Of a DNA stretch of 64,000 nt, positions 9,107 to 18,291 are shown piece by piece; position 1 is the first letter of the stretch; every line of letters begins with the position of its first letter. The stretch comes from Myxococcota bacterium. Lineage in GTDB: Bacteria > Myxococcota_A > UBA9160 > SZUA-336. The DNA lies in contig CBDDEE010000024.1 of assembly GCA_965226855.1 (NCBI GenBank), positions 8,971 through 72,970 of the forward strand, read 5' to 3'. The notes under the pieces were generated by a model. It searched no databases, was not told the origin of the DNA, and saw nothing but the letters and a program-made list of their open reading frames with translations. The translations under genes were made by a program, and so were the position numbers.

Positions 9107-10990
9107 ATGGCAAAACCGAACGGCCCGGACGAGGACGGCGATCCGCGCGTCCTGGAGCTCGACTCCGTAATCGTCCGCTTTGCTGGCGACTCGGGCGACG
9201 GAATGCAGCTAACGGGGACGGAGTTCACTCGCGCGGCGGCGTTGTTCGGCAACGACATCGCCACGTTCCCGGACTTCCCCGCGGAGATCCGCGCCCCCGC
9301 GGGAAGTCTCGCTGGCGTGTCCGGCTTCCAGCTGCAGTTCTCGAGCATGGACATCTTCACTGCTGGCGACGCACCCGACGTGCTCGTGGTCATGAATCCC
9401 GCGGCGCTCAAGACGAACGTTGCAGACCTGATCCCTGGGGGCATGCTCCTGGTTGACGTCTCGTCCTTCAAGAAGCGCAACCTCGAGTTGGCAGGCTACG
9501 AGAAAAACCCGCTCGAGGACGGGAGCCTCGCCGACTTCCGGGTGATCGAGATCGACTTCTCCAAGCACGTGACCGCGGCCCTCAAGGGCAGTGGTCTCTC
9601 GACCAAGGACACGCAGCGGACGCGAAACATGTTCGCGTTGGGCATCGTGTTCTGGCTCTACAACCGCGATCCCGAGCCCGAGGTCGAGGCGATTCGAGCC
9701 AAGTTCGCTCGTAGACCGGAGATCGCCGAGTCGAACGCCAAGGTCTTCATGACCGGGTTCCACTTTGGTGAGACGGCGGAGCTCGTGGACGCCACGTATC
9801 GGGTTCCCCCGGCCAAGCTCGAGCCCGGACTCTACCGCCACGTGACGGGAAACGAGGCCGCCGCGCTCGGCATCGTGGCGGCGGGCAAGCTCGCCGGGAT
9901 TAAGGTCTTCTACGCGAGCTACCCGATCACCCCGGCCTCCGACATCTTGCACCACCTCTCGGGCTACAGCCGCTACGGAGTGACGGCGTTCCAGGCCGAG
10001 GACGAGCTCGCGGCGGTGACGGCAGCCGTCGGCGCCTCGTTTGGAGGCGTGCTGGGGGTGACCGGAACGTCCGGGCCAGGGTTCACGCTCAAGCAGGAGG
10101 GGATCGCGCTCGCGGTCGTGACGGAGCTCCCGCTCCTGATCGTGAACGTGCAGCGGGCCGGACCCTCGACCGGGATGCCGACCAAGCCGGAGCAGGGCGA
10201 TCTGATGCAGGCCCTGGTCGGGCGGAACAGCGACTGCCCGGTTGCGGTGGTGGCTCCCGCGACGCCGGCCGACTGCTTCGAGGTCATGATCGAGGCGGCT
10301 CGCTTCGCCATCGAGCACATGACGCCGGTCGTCTACCTCTCGGACGCCTCGCTTGCCAACGGCTCGGAGCCCTGGCTCTTGCCTGACCCCGACCAGCTCG
10401 CACCGATCCGCGCCGAGTACTGCACGGATCCCGAGGGCTTCCAGCCGTTCCTCCGCAATGACGACTTCGTGCGGCCGTGGGCGGTGCCGGGGACGCCGGG
10501 CCTCGAGCACCGCATCGGGGGTCTGGAGAAGGAGGACGTGACCGGAAACGTCTCCTACGACCCGCTGAACCACGAGCACATGAACCGCGTCCGCTACGCG
10601 AAGCTCGAGCGCATAGCGAACGGCATTCCGCTCGCCGAGATCGACGGTCCGGAGCGGGGCGATGTGCTGCTGGTTGGCTGGGGCGGGACCTTCGGAGCGC
10701 TGCACCAGGCCGCGGTGGCGCTGCGCAGCGAGGGCGCGGACGTGGGACACCTCCACCTCCGCTACCTGAATCCCCTCCAAACCAACGTGGGCGAGCTCCT
10801 GTCCCGCTACCGCCACGTCATCGTCGCGGAGCTCAACATGGGCCAGCTCCTCTCGATCCTGCGCGACCGCTTCCTGGTCGACGCAAAGGGCCTGAACAAA
10901 GTGCAGGGCCAACCCTTCAAGGTTCAGGAGATCATCAACACCGTTCGCCCGCTGCTTCCCACTCGGGCGCTTAGTGAGGCGAGGCTATGA
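9107..10990 (+). CDS. korA: 2-oxoacid:ferredoxin oxidoreductase, alpha subunit (fused gamma+alpha domains)
   Basis: 627 aa with an N-terminal gamma-like domain and an alpha domain (YPITPASDILH). ATGA overlap with the beta subunit. Confidence 0.85.
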   Translation: MAKPNGPDEDGDPRVLELDSVIVRFAGDSGDGMQLTGTEFTRAAALFGNDIATFPDFPAEIRAPAGSLAGVSGFQLQFSSMDIFTAGDAPDVLVVMNPAALKTNVADLIPGGMLLVDVSSFKKRNLELAGYEKNPLEDGSLADFRVIEIDFSKHVTAALKGSGLSTKDTQRTRNMFALGIVFWLYNRDPEPEVEAIRAKFARRPEIAESNAKVFMTGFHFGETAELVDATYRVPPAKLEPGLYRHVTGNEAAALGIVAAGKLAGIKVFYASYPITPASDILHHLSGYSRYGVTAFQAEDELAAVTAAVGASFGGVLGVTGTSGPGFTLKQEGIALAVVTELPLLIVNVQRAGPSTGMPTKPEQGDLMQALVGRNSDCPVAVVAPATPADCFEVMIEAARFAIEHMTPVVYLSDASLANGSEPWLLPDPDQLAPIRAEYCTDPEGFQPFLRNDDFVRPWAVPGTPGLEHRIGGLEKEDVTGNVSYDPLNHEHMNRVRYAKLERIANGIPLAEIDGPERGDVLLVGWGGTFGALHQAAVALRSEGADVGHLHLRYLNPLQTNVGELLSRYRHVIVAELNMGQLLSILRDRFLVDAKGLNKVQGQPFKVQEIINTVRPLLPTRALSEARL

Positions 10991-12018
10991 GCGTTCAGAC
11001 GGCAGATGCCCCGAAGCTGACGAAGAAGGACTTCATCGCGGATGAGGACGTGCGCTGGTGCCCGGGCTGCGGAGACTACGCGATCCTCGCGCAGATGCAG
11101 AAGGTCATGCCCGAGCTGGGAGTCCCGCGCGAGAACATCGTTTTCGTTTCTGGAATCGGCTGCAGCTCGCGCTTTCCGTACTACATGAACACATTCGGGT
11201 TTCACACCATCCACGGGCGCGCGCCGGCCATCGCAACGGGGCTGAAGATCGCGCGGCCCGACCTGTCCGTGTGGGTGGTGACGGGCGACGGCGACGGGCT
11301 GTCGATCGGTGGAAACCACCTGATCCAGATGCTGCGTCGCAACGTCGATCTGAAGATCCTGCTGTTCAACAACAGGGTCTACGGACTGACGAAGGGACAG
11401 TTCTCGCCCACCTCCAATACGGGCATGAAGACGAAGTCCTCACCGAACGGATCGGTGGCCCGTCCTTTCCGCACGCTCTCGCTCGCGCTCGGAGCCGAGG
11501 CGACCTTCGTCGCGCGGACGGTCGACACGGAGACCCGTCACCTGCAGGACATGATCCGCCGGATGGCGGAGCACAAAGGCTCTGCCTTCCTCGAGATCTA
11601 CCAGAACTGTCCCGTCTACAACGACGGGGCGTTCGACGAAGTCAAGGACAGAAAGATCAAGTCCGACCACCTGCTCGTCCTCGAGCAGGGTCAGCCGCTC
11701 GTCTACGGCAACGATCACGATCGCGTGCTCAAGCTGAACCCGACCCACCTGCGTCTTTACGCCGGCCACGTCGGCGCCGCGGACGACGGAGTCGAGGTCT
11801 TGCATGACGAGACGAACCGCGATCCGACGCTCTCTATGTTGCTGGCCCGCTGTGACGCGCCCGACTTCCCCACGCCGATCGGCGTGCTGCGGGCCGTCGA
11901 CGAGCCGACCTTCGACGGCGAGACGTACGAGCAGGGCCAGGTCGAGCTCGCTCGTAGCGACACCGGCCTGGGCGACCTCCTGTTCTCCGGCGATCGCTGG
12001 ACCGTCTCCCGGGATTAG
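10987..12018 (+). CDS. korB: 2-oxoacid:ferredoxin oxidoreductase, beta (TPP-binding) subunit
   Basis: WCPGCGDYAIL and GDGDGLSIGGNH TPP motifs. Confidence 0.85.
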   Translation: MSVQTADAPKLTKKDFIADEDVRWCPGCGDYAILAQMQKVMPELGVPRENIVFVSGIGCSSRFPYYMNTFGFHTIHGRAPAIATGLKIARPDLSVWVVTGDGDGLSIGGNHLIQMLRRNVDLKILLFNNRVYGLTKGQFSPTSNTGMKTKSSPNGSVARPFRTLSLALGAEATFVARTVDTETRHLQDMIRRMAEHKGSAFLEIYQNCPVYNDGAFDEVKDRKIKSDHLLVLEQGQPLVYGNDHDRVLKLNPTHLRLYAGHVGAADDGVEVLHDETNRDPTLSMLLARCDAPDFPTPIGVLRAVDEPTFDGETYEQGQVELARSDTGLGDLLFSGDRWTVSRD

Positions 12019-12036
12019 TAGACGATCCTTCGACTC

Positions 12037-12435
12037 TTACGCTTCCGGCGGCTTCGCGTTGGCGCGGCAGCGTCCACCGGCGATCTCGAGGAGGGCGACG
12101 TAGCCCGCCGCGGGACCCGTGAGCTTCTGCTCGATGATCGCGACGAACGGTCCGGGTCCGACATCTTTGCCCTTTCCCGACAGGTAGCCGCCATCGTGTC
12201 GTCGCGCGACCAGAGAAACGACGGCTGACGTGCCCGCGTACCCCTTCACGCGGTAGGAGATGTCGAAGCCCCGGCTGTTGGAGACGCTGCTCTCGACCCC
12301 GACGATCTCGATCTTGCAGGCCTCGGGACCTGACGTTCCCCCCAGACAACCCGCGCCGAAGATAGCGGCTGCGGCGATGCTCAGAATCGGACGCCTCACC
12401 CTACCGAGCGTAGGCCGGCGCGGCAGCGCTGTCAC
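12037..12435 (-). CDS. hypothetical lipoprotein
   Basis: Signal peptide with lipobox (AAIFGAGC) and coding-like composition. No recognisable family. Confidence 0.5.
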   Translation of the reverse strand: MTALPRRPTLGRVRRPILSIAAAAIFGAGCLGGTSGPEACKIEIVGVESSVSNSRGFDISYRVKGYAGTSAVVSLVARRHDGGYLSGKGKDVGPGPFVAIIEQKLTGPAAGYVALLEIAGGRCRANAKPPEA

Positions 12436-12459
12436 GTCCGACCTTCGTCTTTGCGAGAC

Positions 12460-12505
12460 CGGAACTTGGGGACGGTCCTTAATCAGAACTTTTTCTGGTG
12501 GTCCG
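12460..12505. repeat. half copy of the inner arm of the nested palindromic repeat family
   Basis: cggaacttggggacggtccttaatcagaact plus the spacer start matches 62845-62885 with one mismatch in the arm. Confidence 0.7.
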
Positions 12506-12515
12506 GGGAAGCGGG

Positions 12516-12734
12516 CTAGCCTTTGAGTTCCGGGAGAATCTCGTCCGGTTCGGGGAAGCGGCCGGTCTCCGACTTCGAGTAGATCGTGCGTCCGTCGACG
12601 ACGACGTCGAACACGCCGTTGCCCCCGCGAATCAGCTCGGTCTCGACGCCGACTTTCTCCTTGATCGTGGCCGCCAGACTGGTGGCCTGTGGGAGGTAGT
12701 TTCAGGCGCCGCAGTAGGTGATGGAGATGTGCAT
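12516..12734 (-). CDS. SelW/Rdx-family selenoprotein; Sec encoded by in-frame TGA at 12702-12704
   Basis: Own translation: MHISITYCGA-U-NYLPQATSLAATIKEKVGVETELIRGGNGVFDVVVDGRTIYSKSETGRFPEPDEILPELKG-stop. It has a CxxU motif at the N-terminus, the frame stays open after the TGA, and a hairpin lies 15 nt downstream. Confidence 0.8.
12670..12686 (-). promoter_or_regulatory. candidate bacterial SECIS apical hairpin
   Basis: RNA GCCACC-AGUCU-GGCGGC starts 15 nt 3' of the UGA. The loop contains GU, as in the fdhF SECIS. Confidence 0.45.
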
Positions 12735-12788
12735 CGCCAGATCGTACCCCGAGTCGGCAGCACCGGCAAAGGCGCTACCATCCGACGT

Positions 12789-13886
12789 GTGCTGACGGTA
12801 GCCGACTTTCTCGACGCACTCGGTCGGCGTGCGCCGCTCGAGAAGGCGGCGGCCTGGGATCCCGTCGGCCTGCAGCTCGGCGATGCCTCCGCGCGCGTGG
12901 AGCGGGTCGCGTTGTGTCACGAAGTGACCGAGGACGTCGTCGCGCGTCTGGAGCAGGCTCCCGTGGACTTGCTCGTCAGCTACCACCCGTTGCTGTTCCG
13001 AGCCACGAACACGCTCCTCAGTGGAGCGACGCCAGAGGGCAGGACGTTGCGGCTGGCGCGCCGCGGCACCGCGCTCGCCGTGGTCCATACGAGCTTCGAC
13101 ATCGCCGAAGGCGGAACCTCCGACGCGCTGGCGGAGGTGCTCGGTCTGGTGGAGCTCTCCGGCTTTGCCCCCCTGTACGGTCCAGACGTTCTGAAGGTCG
13201 TCACCTTCCTGCCCGCCGAAGCCGCGCCGCCGGTGCTGCAGGCGGTCTCCGCAGCCGGCGCGGGACGGATCGGAAACTACTCGAGCTGCTCCTATCGCTC
13301 CGAGGGGGTCGGAACGTTCTTCGCCGGAGCCGGAACGCAGCCGAGCATGGGCTCGCAGGGACAGCTGAACGAGGAACGCGAGGTGCGGCTCGAATTCGTG
13401 GTGCCGCGTTCCAGGGAGGCTGAGGCGCTCGGAGCGCTCGTGGCGGCGCATCCCTACGAGGAGCCGGCCTACGACGTGTACGAGCGGCGTGGCAACGCCG
13501 GAATGCTCGGACGGATCGGGACTCCCGCCGCGGGGACCACGCTCCAGGGGCTGGCGCAGCGCGCGGCGGAGGAGCTGCGGACGAAGACGCTGCGGCTCGC
13601 TGGCGATCCCGAACGAATTCTCGACCGCGTCGCCGTGATCCCCGGCTCGGGCTCTCCGTTGCTGGACCTGGCTGCGGCGGCGGGAGCGGACGCTGTCGTG
13701 ACGGGCGATCTGGGCCACCACGTTGCGCGAGCGGCCAATGATCGGGGCCTGTGCCTTCTCGATGCTGGACACGTCCCTACGGAGCGCCCCGGACTCGAGC
13801 GCCTGTACGTTGCGCTCGCGGCCCTCGGGGCCGAGACGCTGAGCTTCCTCGACCTCGATCCCGATCCGTGGGCCGCGCCGAGCTGA
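12789..13886 (+). CDS. Nif3-like dinuclear metal centre protein (GTP cyclohydrolase 1 type 2 homologue)
   Basis: LTVADFLDALGRRAPLEKAAAWDPVGLQLGD...LLVSYHPLLF...DAVVTGDLGHH. GTG 12789 is chosen because the upstream part of the track ORF is the antisense of the selenoprotein gene. Confidence 0.75.
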   Translation: MLTVADFLDALGRRAPLEKAAAWDPVGLQLGDASARVERVALCHEVTEDVVARLEQAPVDLLVSYHPLLFRATNTLLSGATPEGRTLRLARRGTALAVVHTSFDIAEGGTSDALAEVLGLVELSGFAPLYGPDVLKVVTFLPAEAAPPVLQAVSAAGAGRIGNYSSCSYRSEGVGTFFAGAGTQPSMGSQGQLNEEREVRLEFVVPRSREAEALGALVAAHPYEEPAYDVYERRGNAGMLGRIGTPAAGTTLQGLAQRAAEELRTKTLRLAGDPERILDRVAVIPGSGSPLLDLAAAAGADAVVTGDLGHHVARAANDRGLCLLDAGHVPTERPGLERLYVALAALGAETLSFLDLDPDPWAAPS

Positions 13887-13887
13887 G

Positions 13888-14682
13888 ATGCCGCGAATCC
13901 TGGACGCGCTGGGCAGGAGCCACGACTTCCAGCGCAACCCGCAGCGAATCGTGTCGCTCGTCCCGTCGATCACCGAGACGCTCTTCGGGCTCGGTCTGGA
14001 TACCGAGATCGCGGGAGTTACAGACTTTTGTGTTCACCCTGCAGAGCGCGTGCGCTCGAAGGTCCGCGTTGGAGGAACGAAGAATCCCTCGCTCGACGCG
14101 ATCCTGGGCCTCGAGCCCGACCTGGTCATCGCGAACAAGGAGGAGAACCGCCGGCGCGACGTCGAGCGCCTGGAAGCCGCGGGGGTACGGGTCTTGGTGA
14201 CCTACGCGCGTACGCTCGCAGAAGCCATTACGGACATCCGAACCCTTGGCGTGGTGACGGGAACCGACCCGGTCGCGGAGGAGATCGCCACTCGAGTCGA
14301 GCGCGCGCGAGCAGCGATCACCCCGCGCGAGCACGGGGACCGCGTGGCGGCCCTCATCTGGAAGCGGCCCTACATGGCGGTTGGCGGGGATACCTTTGCG
14401 CACGATCTCATGCGGGTCTGCGGTGGGGTGAACTGCTTTGCCGGCAGGGAGCGCTACCCGCGCATCGACGCGCATGCGCTCGAGGAAGCAGCTCCGGAAG
14501 TGATCCTGCTGCCCACGGAGCCGTACTGCTTCGGCGAGTTCGATCGAGACGAGCTCCTGCAGCTCGATTGCGCCGCAGCTCGCAGCGGCAGGGTCCACGT
14601 GATCGAGGGCGAGCTGCTCAGCTGGTACGGCCCACGCATGGAGCGCGCGCTGCAGACGCTCTCGCGGCTGATCGCTCCCTGA
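13888..14682 (+). CDS. BtuF-like cobalamin/metal-binding protein (ABC-type periplasmic binding protein fold), with no obvious signal peptide
   Basis: PQRIVSLVPSITETLFGLGLDTEIAGVTDFC...DLVIANKEEN... Confidence 0.65.
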   Translation: MPRILDALGRSHDFQRNPQRIVSLVPSITETLFGLGLDTEIAGVTDFCVHPAERVRSKVRVGGTKNPSLDAILGLEPDLVIANKEENRRRDVERLEAAGVRVLVTYARTLAEAITDIRTLGVVTGTDPVAEEIATRVERARAAITPREHGDRVAALIWKRPYMAVGGDTFAHDLMRVCGGVNCFAGRERYPRIDAHALEEAAPEVILLPTEPYCFGEFDRDELLQLDCAAARSGRVHVIEGELLSWYGPRMERALQTLSRLIAP

Positions 14683-14895
14683 CTTGTGGGACCCAGGGCG
14701 CGGGCGCCCGCGCCCTTCCCACCTCCGCTCAGTCTAGGGCCTTCGCTGCGCGCACCGCTTCGCGGTGCTTGCAGGGTTGCCACTCTTGTGGGACCCGGCG
14801 CGCGAGCGGTCGCGCGCCACCCACCTTCGCTCAGGTCTAAGGCCTTCGCTGCGCGCACCGCTTCGCGGCGCTTGCAGGTTGCCTGCAAGTCCCGC
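14683..14895. repeat. two tandem units of about 100-110 bp from the outer arm of the palindromic repeat family
   Basis: Unit 1 is 14683-14784 and unit 2 is 14785-14895. Both begin CTTGTGGGACCC and share ...GGCCTTCGCTGCGCGCACCGCTTCGCGG(T/C)GCTTGCAGG... Confidence 0.75.
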
Positions 14896-14899
14896 CTAG

Positions 14900-16170
14900 C
14901 AGGCTGCGGAGAAAGTGACTGGGTTGGGCGGGACGCCTCTGACGGGAGGCGTGCCGAGCAGGGAGAGGGATCGCCGTTCCCGGTACGAACCGGTTCGGTG
15001 TCGCACGGGTAGATCTTGCGGGATCATGAGCTATGTCGCCTCCAACAGGTTGCGGATACGGACCAGGTTGTAGGCCGCAGCAGTGAAGGTGAAGACCCAG
15101 CCGACCCGATCCGTGCCCCGGTGCCGGGTCTTGCGCATCAAGCCCACCGTCTTCATCCAGCCAAACACCTCCTCCACCCGTTTGCGGAAGCGCTGGCTCA
15201 CCTCGTAGCCCGGGTGTCCTGTGGTCCTTCGATCGATCGCGCTTCGGCGGTTCGTCGTGTTCTGTGCCACGTGCGGGGTAACGCTCCAGGCCCGAAGCGC
15301 CTGCACAAAGCTCTTGGCGTCGTAGCCCTTGTCTCCAGCCAGGGTGATCCGGCGAGCGCCCCCCAGACCCAGCACCATCTCGAGAGCCGCTTCGCGCTCC
15401 GCATACCCCGACGCCTGAGTGAGCTTCGCCGCCACCACCAGGCCGTTGCGGTTCTCCGTCACGACGTGTCCCTGATACGCGAGCCGCGCGCCCTGGCCCC
15501 TCATCCCCGCCAGTCGGGCGTCCGGATCCGTCCTCGACGCATGCGTCTGGTTGCTCCGCTTCTCGCCCCGGAAGTTGACCGTCGGGTTGCCCGGGTCGTC
15601 ATCGTCCCTGCGCTTCTCGTCCTTGCGCACGAAGCTCTTCTGGCTCGCCCACGCCTCGATCAGCGTCCCGTCCACCGTGAAGTGCTCCGATGACACCAAC
15701 CCCTCCGACTCCGCCTGCGCCAGCACCGCCTCGAAGAAATGCTGAGCGATCTCGCCCTTCAGCAGCCGTTCCCGATTCTTGGTGAACACCGTCGCGCTGA
15801 ACACCTCATCGTCCAGCTCCAGGCCCACGAACCAGCGGTAGAGCAGGTTGTAGTCGATCTGCTCGATCAGCTGGCGCTCGCTCCGGATCGTGTACAGCAC
15901 CTGCAACAGCAGCGCCCGCAACAGCTGCTCCGGCGGGACCGACGGTCGGCCGACCCCTTTGGCGTAGATACCATCGAAGCGTCGCGACAGCTGCTCCAGC
16001 GCCGCGTCCACCAGTCGCCGGATCGCTCGAAGCGGATGGTCCTCGGGAATCCGGGACTCCAGCGATACGTAGCTGAAGATCCCACCCTGGAGCGTCTGCG
16101 GTCCTCTCACATCTCCCCCTTGGGGCTTCCCTCAAAGGTACCCTTCGATGAGGAGTTTTTCAGCAGCCTG
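14900..16170 (-). mobile_element. IS5-family insertion sequence (about 1.27 kb) flanked by a duplicated CTAG
   Basis: Single DDE transposase ORF. Terminal inverted repeats are CAGGCTGCGGAGAAAGT (left) and CAGGCTGCTGAAAAACT (right, reverse complement). CTAG lies at 14896-14899 and 16171-16174. The flanks GTCCCGC / GCGGGAC extend the perfect inverted match to 19 bp (14889-14907 vs 16163-16181). Confidence 0.75.
15031..16110 (-). CDS. IS5-family DDE transposase
   Basis: N-terminus QGGIFSYVSLESRIPEDHPLRAIRRLVD (InsH-type N-terminal domain). The DDE region has FTVDGTLIEAWAS...TLAGDKGYD...RKRVEEVFGWMK. Confidence 0.85.
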   Translation of the reverse strand: MRGPQTLQGGIFSYVSLESRIPEDHPLRAIRRLVDAALEQLSRRFDGIYAKGVGRPSVPPEQLLRALLLQVLYTIRSERQLIEQIDYNLLYRWFVGLELDDEVFSATVFTKNRERLLKGEIAQHFFEAVLAQAESEGLVSSEHFTVDGTLIEAWASQKSFVRKDEKRRDDDDPGNPTVNFRGEKRSNQTHASRTDPDARLAGMRGQGARLAYQGHVVTENRNGLVVAAKLTQASGYAEREAALEMVLGLGGARRITLAGDKGYDAKSFVQALRAWSVTPHVAQNTTNRRSAIDRRTTGHPGYEVSQRFRKRVEEVFGWMKTVGLMRKTRHRGTDRVGWVFTFTAAAYNLVRIRNLLEAT

Positions 16171-16174
16171 CTAG

Positions 16175-16248
16175 GCGGGACGCGCAGTGAGGCGAAGCCG
16201 AACGGAGAGTGGGTGGCGCGCGACCGCTCGCGCGCCGGGTCCCACAAG
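16175..16248. repeat. inverted copy of the outer arm of the palindromic repeat family (right flank of the IS)
   Basis: Its reverse complement, tcttgtgggacccggcgcgcgagcggtcgcgcgccacccac, is identical over about 41 bp to 14784-14824. Confidence 0.75.
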
Positions 16249-16279
16249 ACCGACGGTGTAGGTTGCGATCTCGCCGCGC

Positions 16280-16891
16280 TTAAACGAGGTCGGCGTGGAC
16301 GATCTTTGCCCCTGCTTTGGCCATGGCGGCCAGGGCGCGATCGCCATCGCCCGCCCCCAGGTCGACCGCGCGACAGCCGTCCTCGATCACGTGCGTGCGG
16401 AAGCCGAGCGACAGCGCGTCCTGGGCGGAGAAGCGAACGCAGTAGTCGGTCGCTAGCCCGAGCAGCCAGACCTCGTCGACACCCCGACCCTTGAGGAAGC
16501 CGCCGAGCCCTGTGTCCCGCCGGTGGGCGTTGTCGAAGAACGTGCTGTAGCTGTCGACGTGGCGATCGGTCCCCTTCTGAAAGACGGCCTCCACGCGCTG
16601 CTCGTCGAGACCGGTGGCGAACTCCGCCCCTCGAGTGTCCTGCACGCAATGGTCCGGCCAAAGCGTCTGCGGCAGTCCGTAGAGGTCGATCTGGTTGCCT
16701 GGCCGCTTGCCCGGATGCTGGCTTGCGAAGCTCAGGTGATCGGCCGGGTGCCAGTCCTGCGTGCAGACGACGAGGGGGAAGCGGGGTTGGACTGCGTTGG
16801 CAACGTCGATCACGGCATTCCCGTCAGGAACCGCGAGCGAGCCTCCGGGCAGGAAGTCGTTCTGCAGGTCGACGAGGATGAGGGCTCTCAC
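16280..16891 (-). CDS. pncA: nicotinamidase / pyrazinamidase
   Basis: [22 protein letters not shown]...WPDHCVQ...[11 protein letters not shown] start in a GTGA overlap with the pncB stop. The upstream 330 codons of the track ORF are a shadow of pncB. Confidence 0.85.
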   Translation of the reverse strand: MRALILVDLQNDFLPGGSLAVPDGNAVIDVANAVQPRFPLVVCTQDWHPADHLSFASQHPGKRPGNQIDLYGLPQTLWPDHCVQDTRGAEFATGLDEQRVEAVFQKGTDRHVDSYSTFFDNAHRRDTGLGGFLKGRGVDEVWLLGLATDYCVRFSAQDALSLGFRTHVIEDGCRAVDLGAGDGDRALAAMAKAGAKIVHADLV

Positions 16892-18252
16892 GTCCGGGCC
16901 CGAGCTGCGAGGCGTGCGTCGATCTCTACCGGATAGGGGTCGGGGTCCACGAGGCGCCTCGTTCCGGCGGGAAGTCGGGCGAGCTGATCGAGCGCGCGTG
17001 CGCGAGACTCGTGGAGGGTAGGGGGCTCTTCGACAGGGCGTCCCGAGCGCAGAACCGGGGCGAGGAGATCCTGATGTGGCTCGTCTGTCTGGTCCGTGCC
17101 GAGCTCCACGTCGAAAATCAGATCCCGGAGGAACCCGCGTCCGCGGAGAAAGCGGCGCGTCTGCTGGATGCCCGGCAGGGTCGACTTCTCCGGGTCCGCA
17201 GAGTGCTTGACCGGATAGCTCCAACGGCCCGTCGCATCCCGGAACGCGCCGAGCTTGAACACCCCGCCAAGGGCGGGATCGCCGTGCGCGGTGGCGAGGC
17301 GAGTGCCGACTCCCCAGACGCTGATGGCGGCGCCGCGCTGCCTGAGCTGTTCGATCGCGTGCTCGTCGAGATCGTTGCTGGCCACGATCTCCGCCTTTGG
17401 GAAGCCACTCGCGTCGAGCAGCTGGCGCGCCGCCACGCTGAGCTCTGCTAGGTCTCCCGAATCGAGCCGGACGCCAGCGAGCTCGTATCCGCGCTCGCGC
17501 AGACGCTTGCCCACCTTCGCGGCCAGGCGCACGCCCTCCAGCGTGTCGTAGGTGTCGACGAGAAAGACGCAGTTGTTCGGCATAGCCTCGGCCCACGCCT
17601 CGAAGGCAGCCTGCTCGCTGTCGAAGGCCATGATCCAGCTGTGCGCGTGCGTGCCGCGTACTGGGATGCCGAAGCGCTTGCCGGCCAGCACATTCGAGGT
17701 CGCGGCGCAGCCTCCGAGGTACGCGGCGCGACTGGCCGACACGCCTCCGTCCGGCCCCTGCGCCCGGCGCAGCCCGAACTCGAGCACCGGATCTCCGCCG
17801 GCCGCCAGGCAAACGCGGGCAGCCTTCGTCGCCACCAGGGTCTGGAAGTTCAGCAGGTTCAGGAGAGCCGTCTCGACCAGCTGGCACTGAAGGATGGGGC
17901 CGCGTACACGCAGCAGCGGCTCACCCTCAAATACCACGGTCCCTTCGGGCACCGCATCGAGGTTGGAGTCGAAGCGCAGGGTTCGCAGCCCTTCCAGGAA
18001 CTTCCGGTCCAAGAGTGGCCGGCCGTCGTTCCCCGGGAGCTCGGCGAGGTAGGCCAGGTCCTCGTCATCGAAAGACATGGACTCGAGGAAGTCGATCACC
18101 GCGGCCAGCCCCGCGGCCACCGCATAGCCGCCGCCGAACGGGTTCCTACGGAAGTAGAGGTGGAAGACCGCCTCACGCTCGCCCAACCCGGTCTCCCAGT
18201 ACGCGTTGGCCATGGTGATCTGGTACAGATCGGTAAGAAGGCCCTGGCCCAT
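16888..18252 (-). CDS. pncB: nicotinate phosphoribosyltransferase
   Basis: [15 protein letters not shown]...GTHAHSWIM...SNDLDE; 454 aa. Confidence 0.85.
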   Translation of the reverse strand: MGQGLLTDLYQITMANAYWETGLGEREAVFHLYFRRNPFGGGYAVAAGLAAVIDFLESMSFDDEDLAYLAELPGNDGRPLLDRKFLEGLRTLRFDSNLDAVPEGTVVFEGEPLLRVRGPILQCQLVETALLNLLNFQTLVATKAARVCLAAGGDPVLEFGLRRAQGPDGGVSASRAAYLGGCAATSNVLAGKRFGIPVRGTHAHSWIMAFDSEQAAFEAWAEAMPNNCVFLVDTYDTLEGVRLAAKVGKRLRERGYELAGVRLDSGDLAELSVAARQLLDASGFPKAEIVASNDLDEHAIEQLRQRGAAISVWGVGTRLATAHGDPALGGVFKLGAFRDATGRWSYPVKHSADPEKSTLPGIQQTRRFLRGRGFLRDLIFDVELGTDQTDEPHQDLLAPVLRSGRPVEEPPTLHESRARALDQLARLPAGTRRLVDPDPYPVEIDARLAARART

Positions 18253-18291
18253 CTCGAAGCCAAGTCTATGCGGGTCGGCCCCGGATTGCTG

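Noticed and set aside
9209-10912. Very long minus-strand ORF (567 aa) antisense to korA. Similar long ORFs occur at 94-930(+), 1195-1731(+), 12702-13973(-), 33562-34914(-), 50162-51256(-), 56969-58132(-), 61177-62517(-) and many others.
   Set aside because: Their translations are Arg/Ala/Pro/Gly-rich low-complexity sequence in the same codon register as a recognisable gene on the other strand. These are typical stop-poor shadow frames of high-GC DNA.
14683-14895. Possible CRISPR array, because of the directly repeated units.
   Set aside because: There are only two units of about 100 bp with no spacers. They belong to the palindromic repeat family, and no cas genes are present.
16892-17887. 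N-terminal extensions of track ORFs: pncA extended to 535 aa, rsmE to 338 aa, LLM 21589-23199, carboxyltransferase to 753 aa, PQQ dehydrogenase to 542 aa, SDR 31085-32173, and the HEAT protein to 47784.
   Set aside because: The extended parts are junk-like, overlap the upstream gene, and precede an obvious conserved N-terminus that has its own start codon and RBS.
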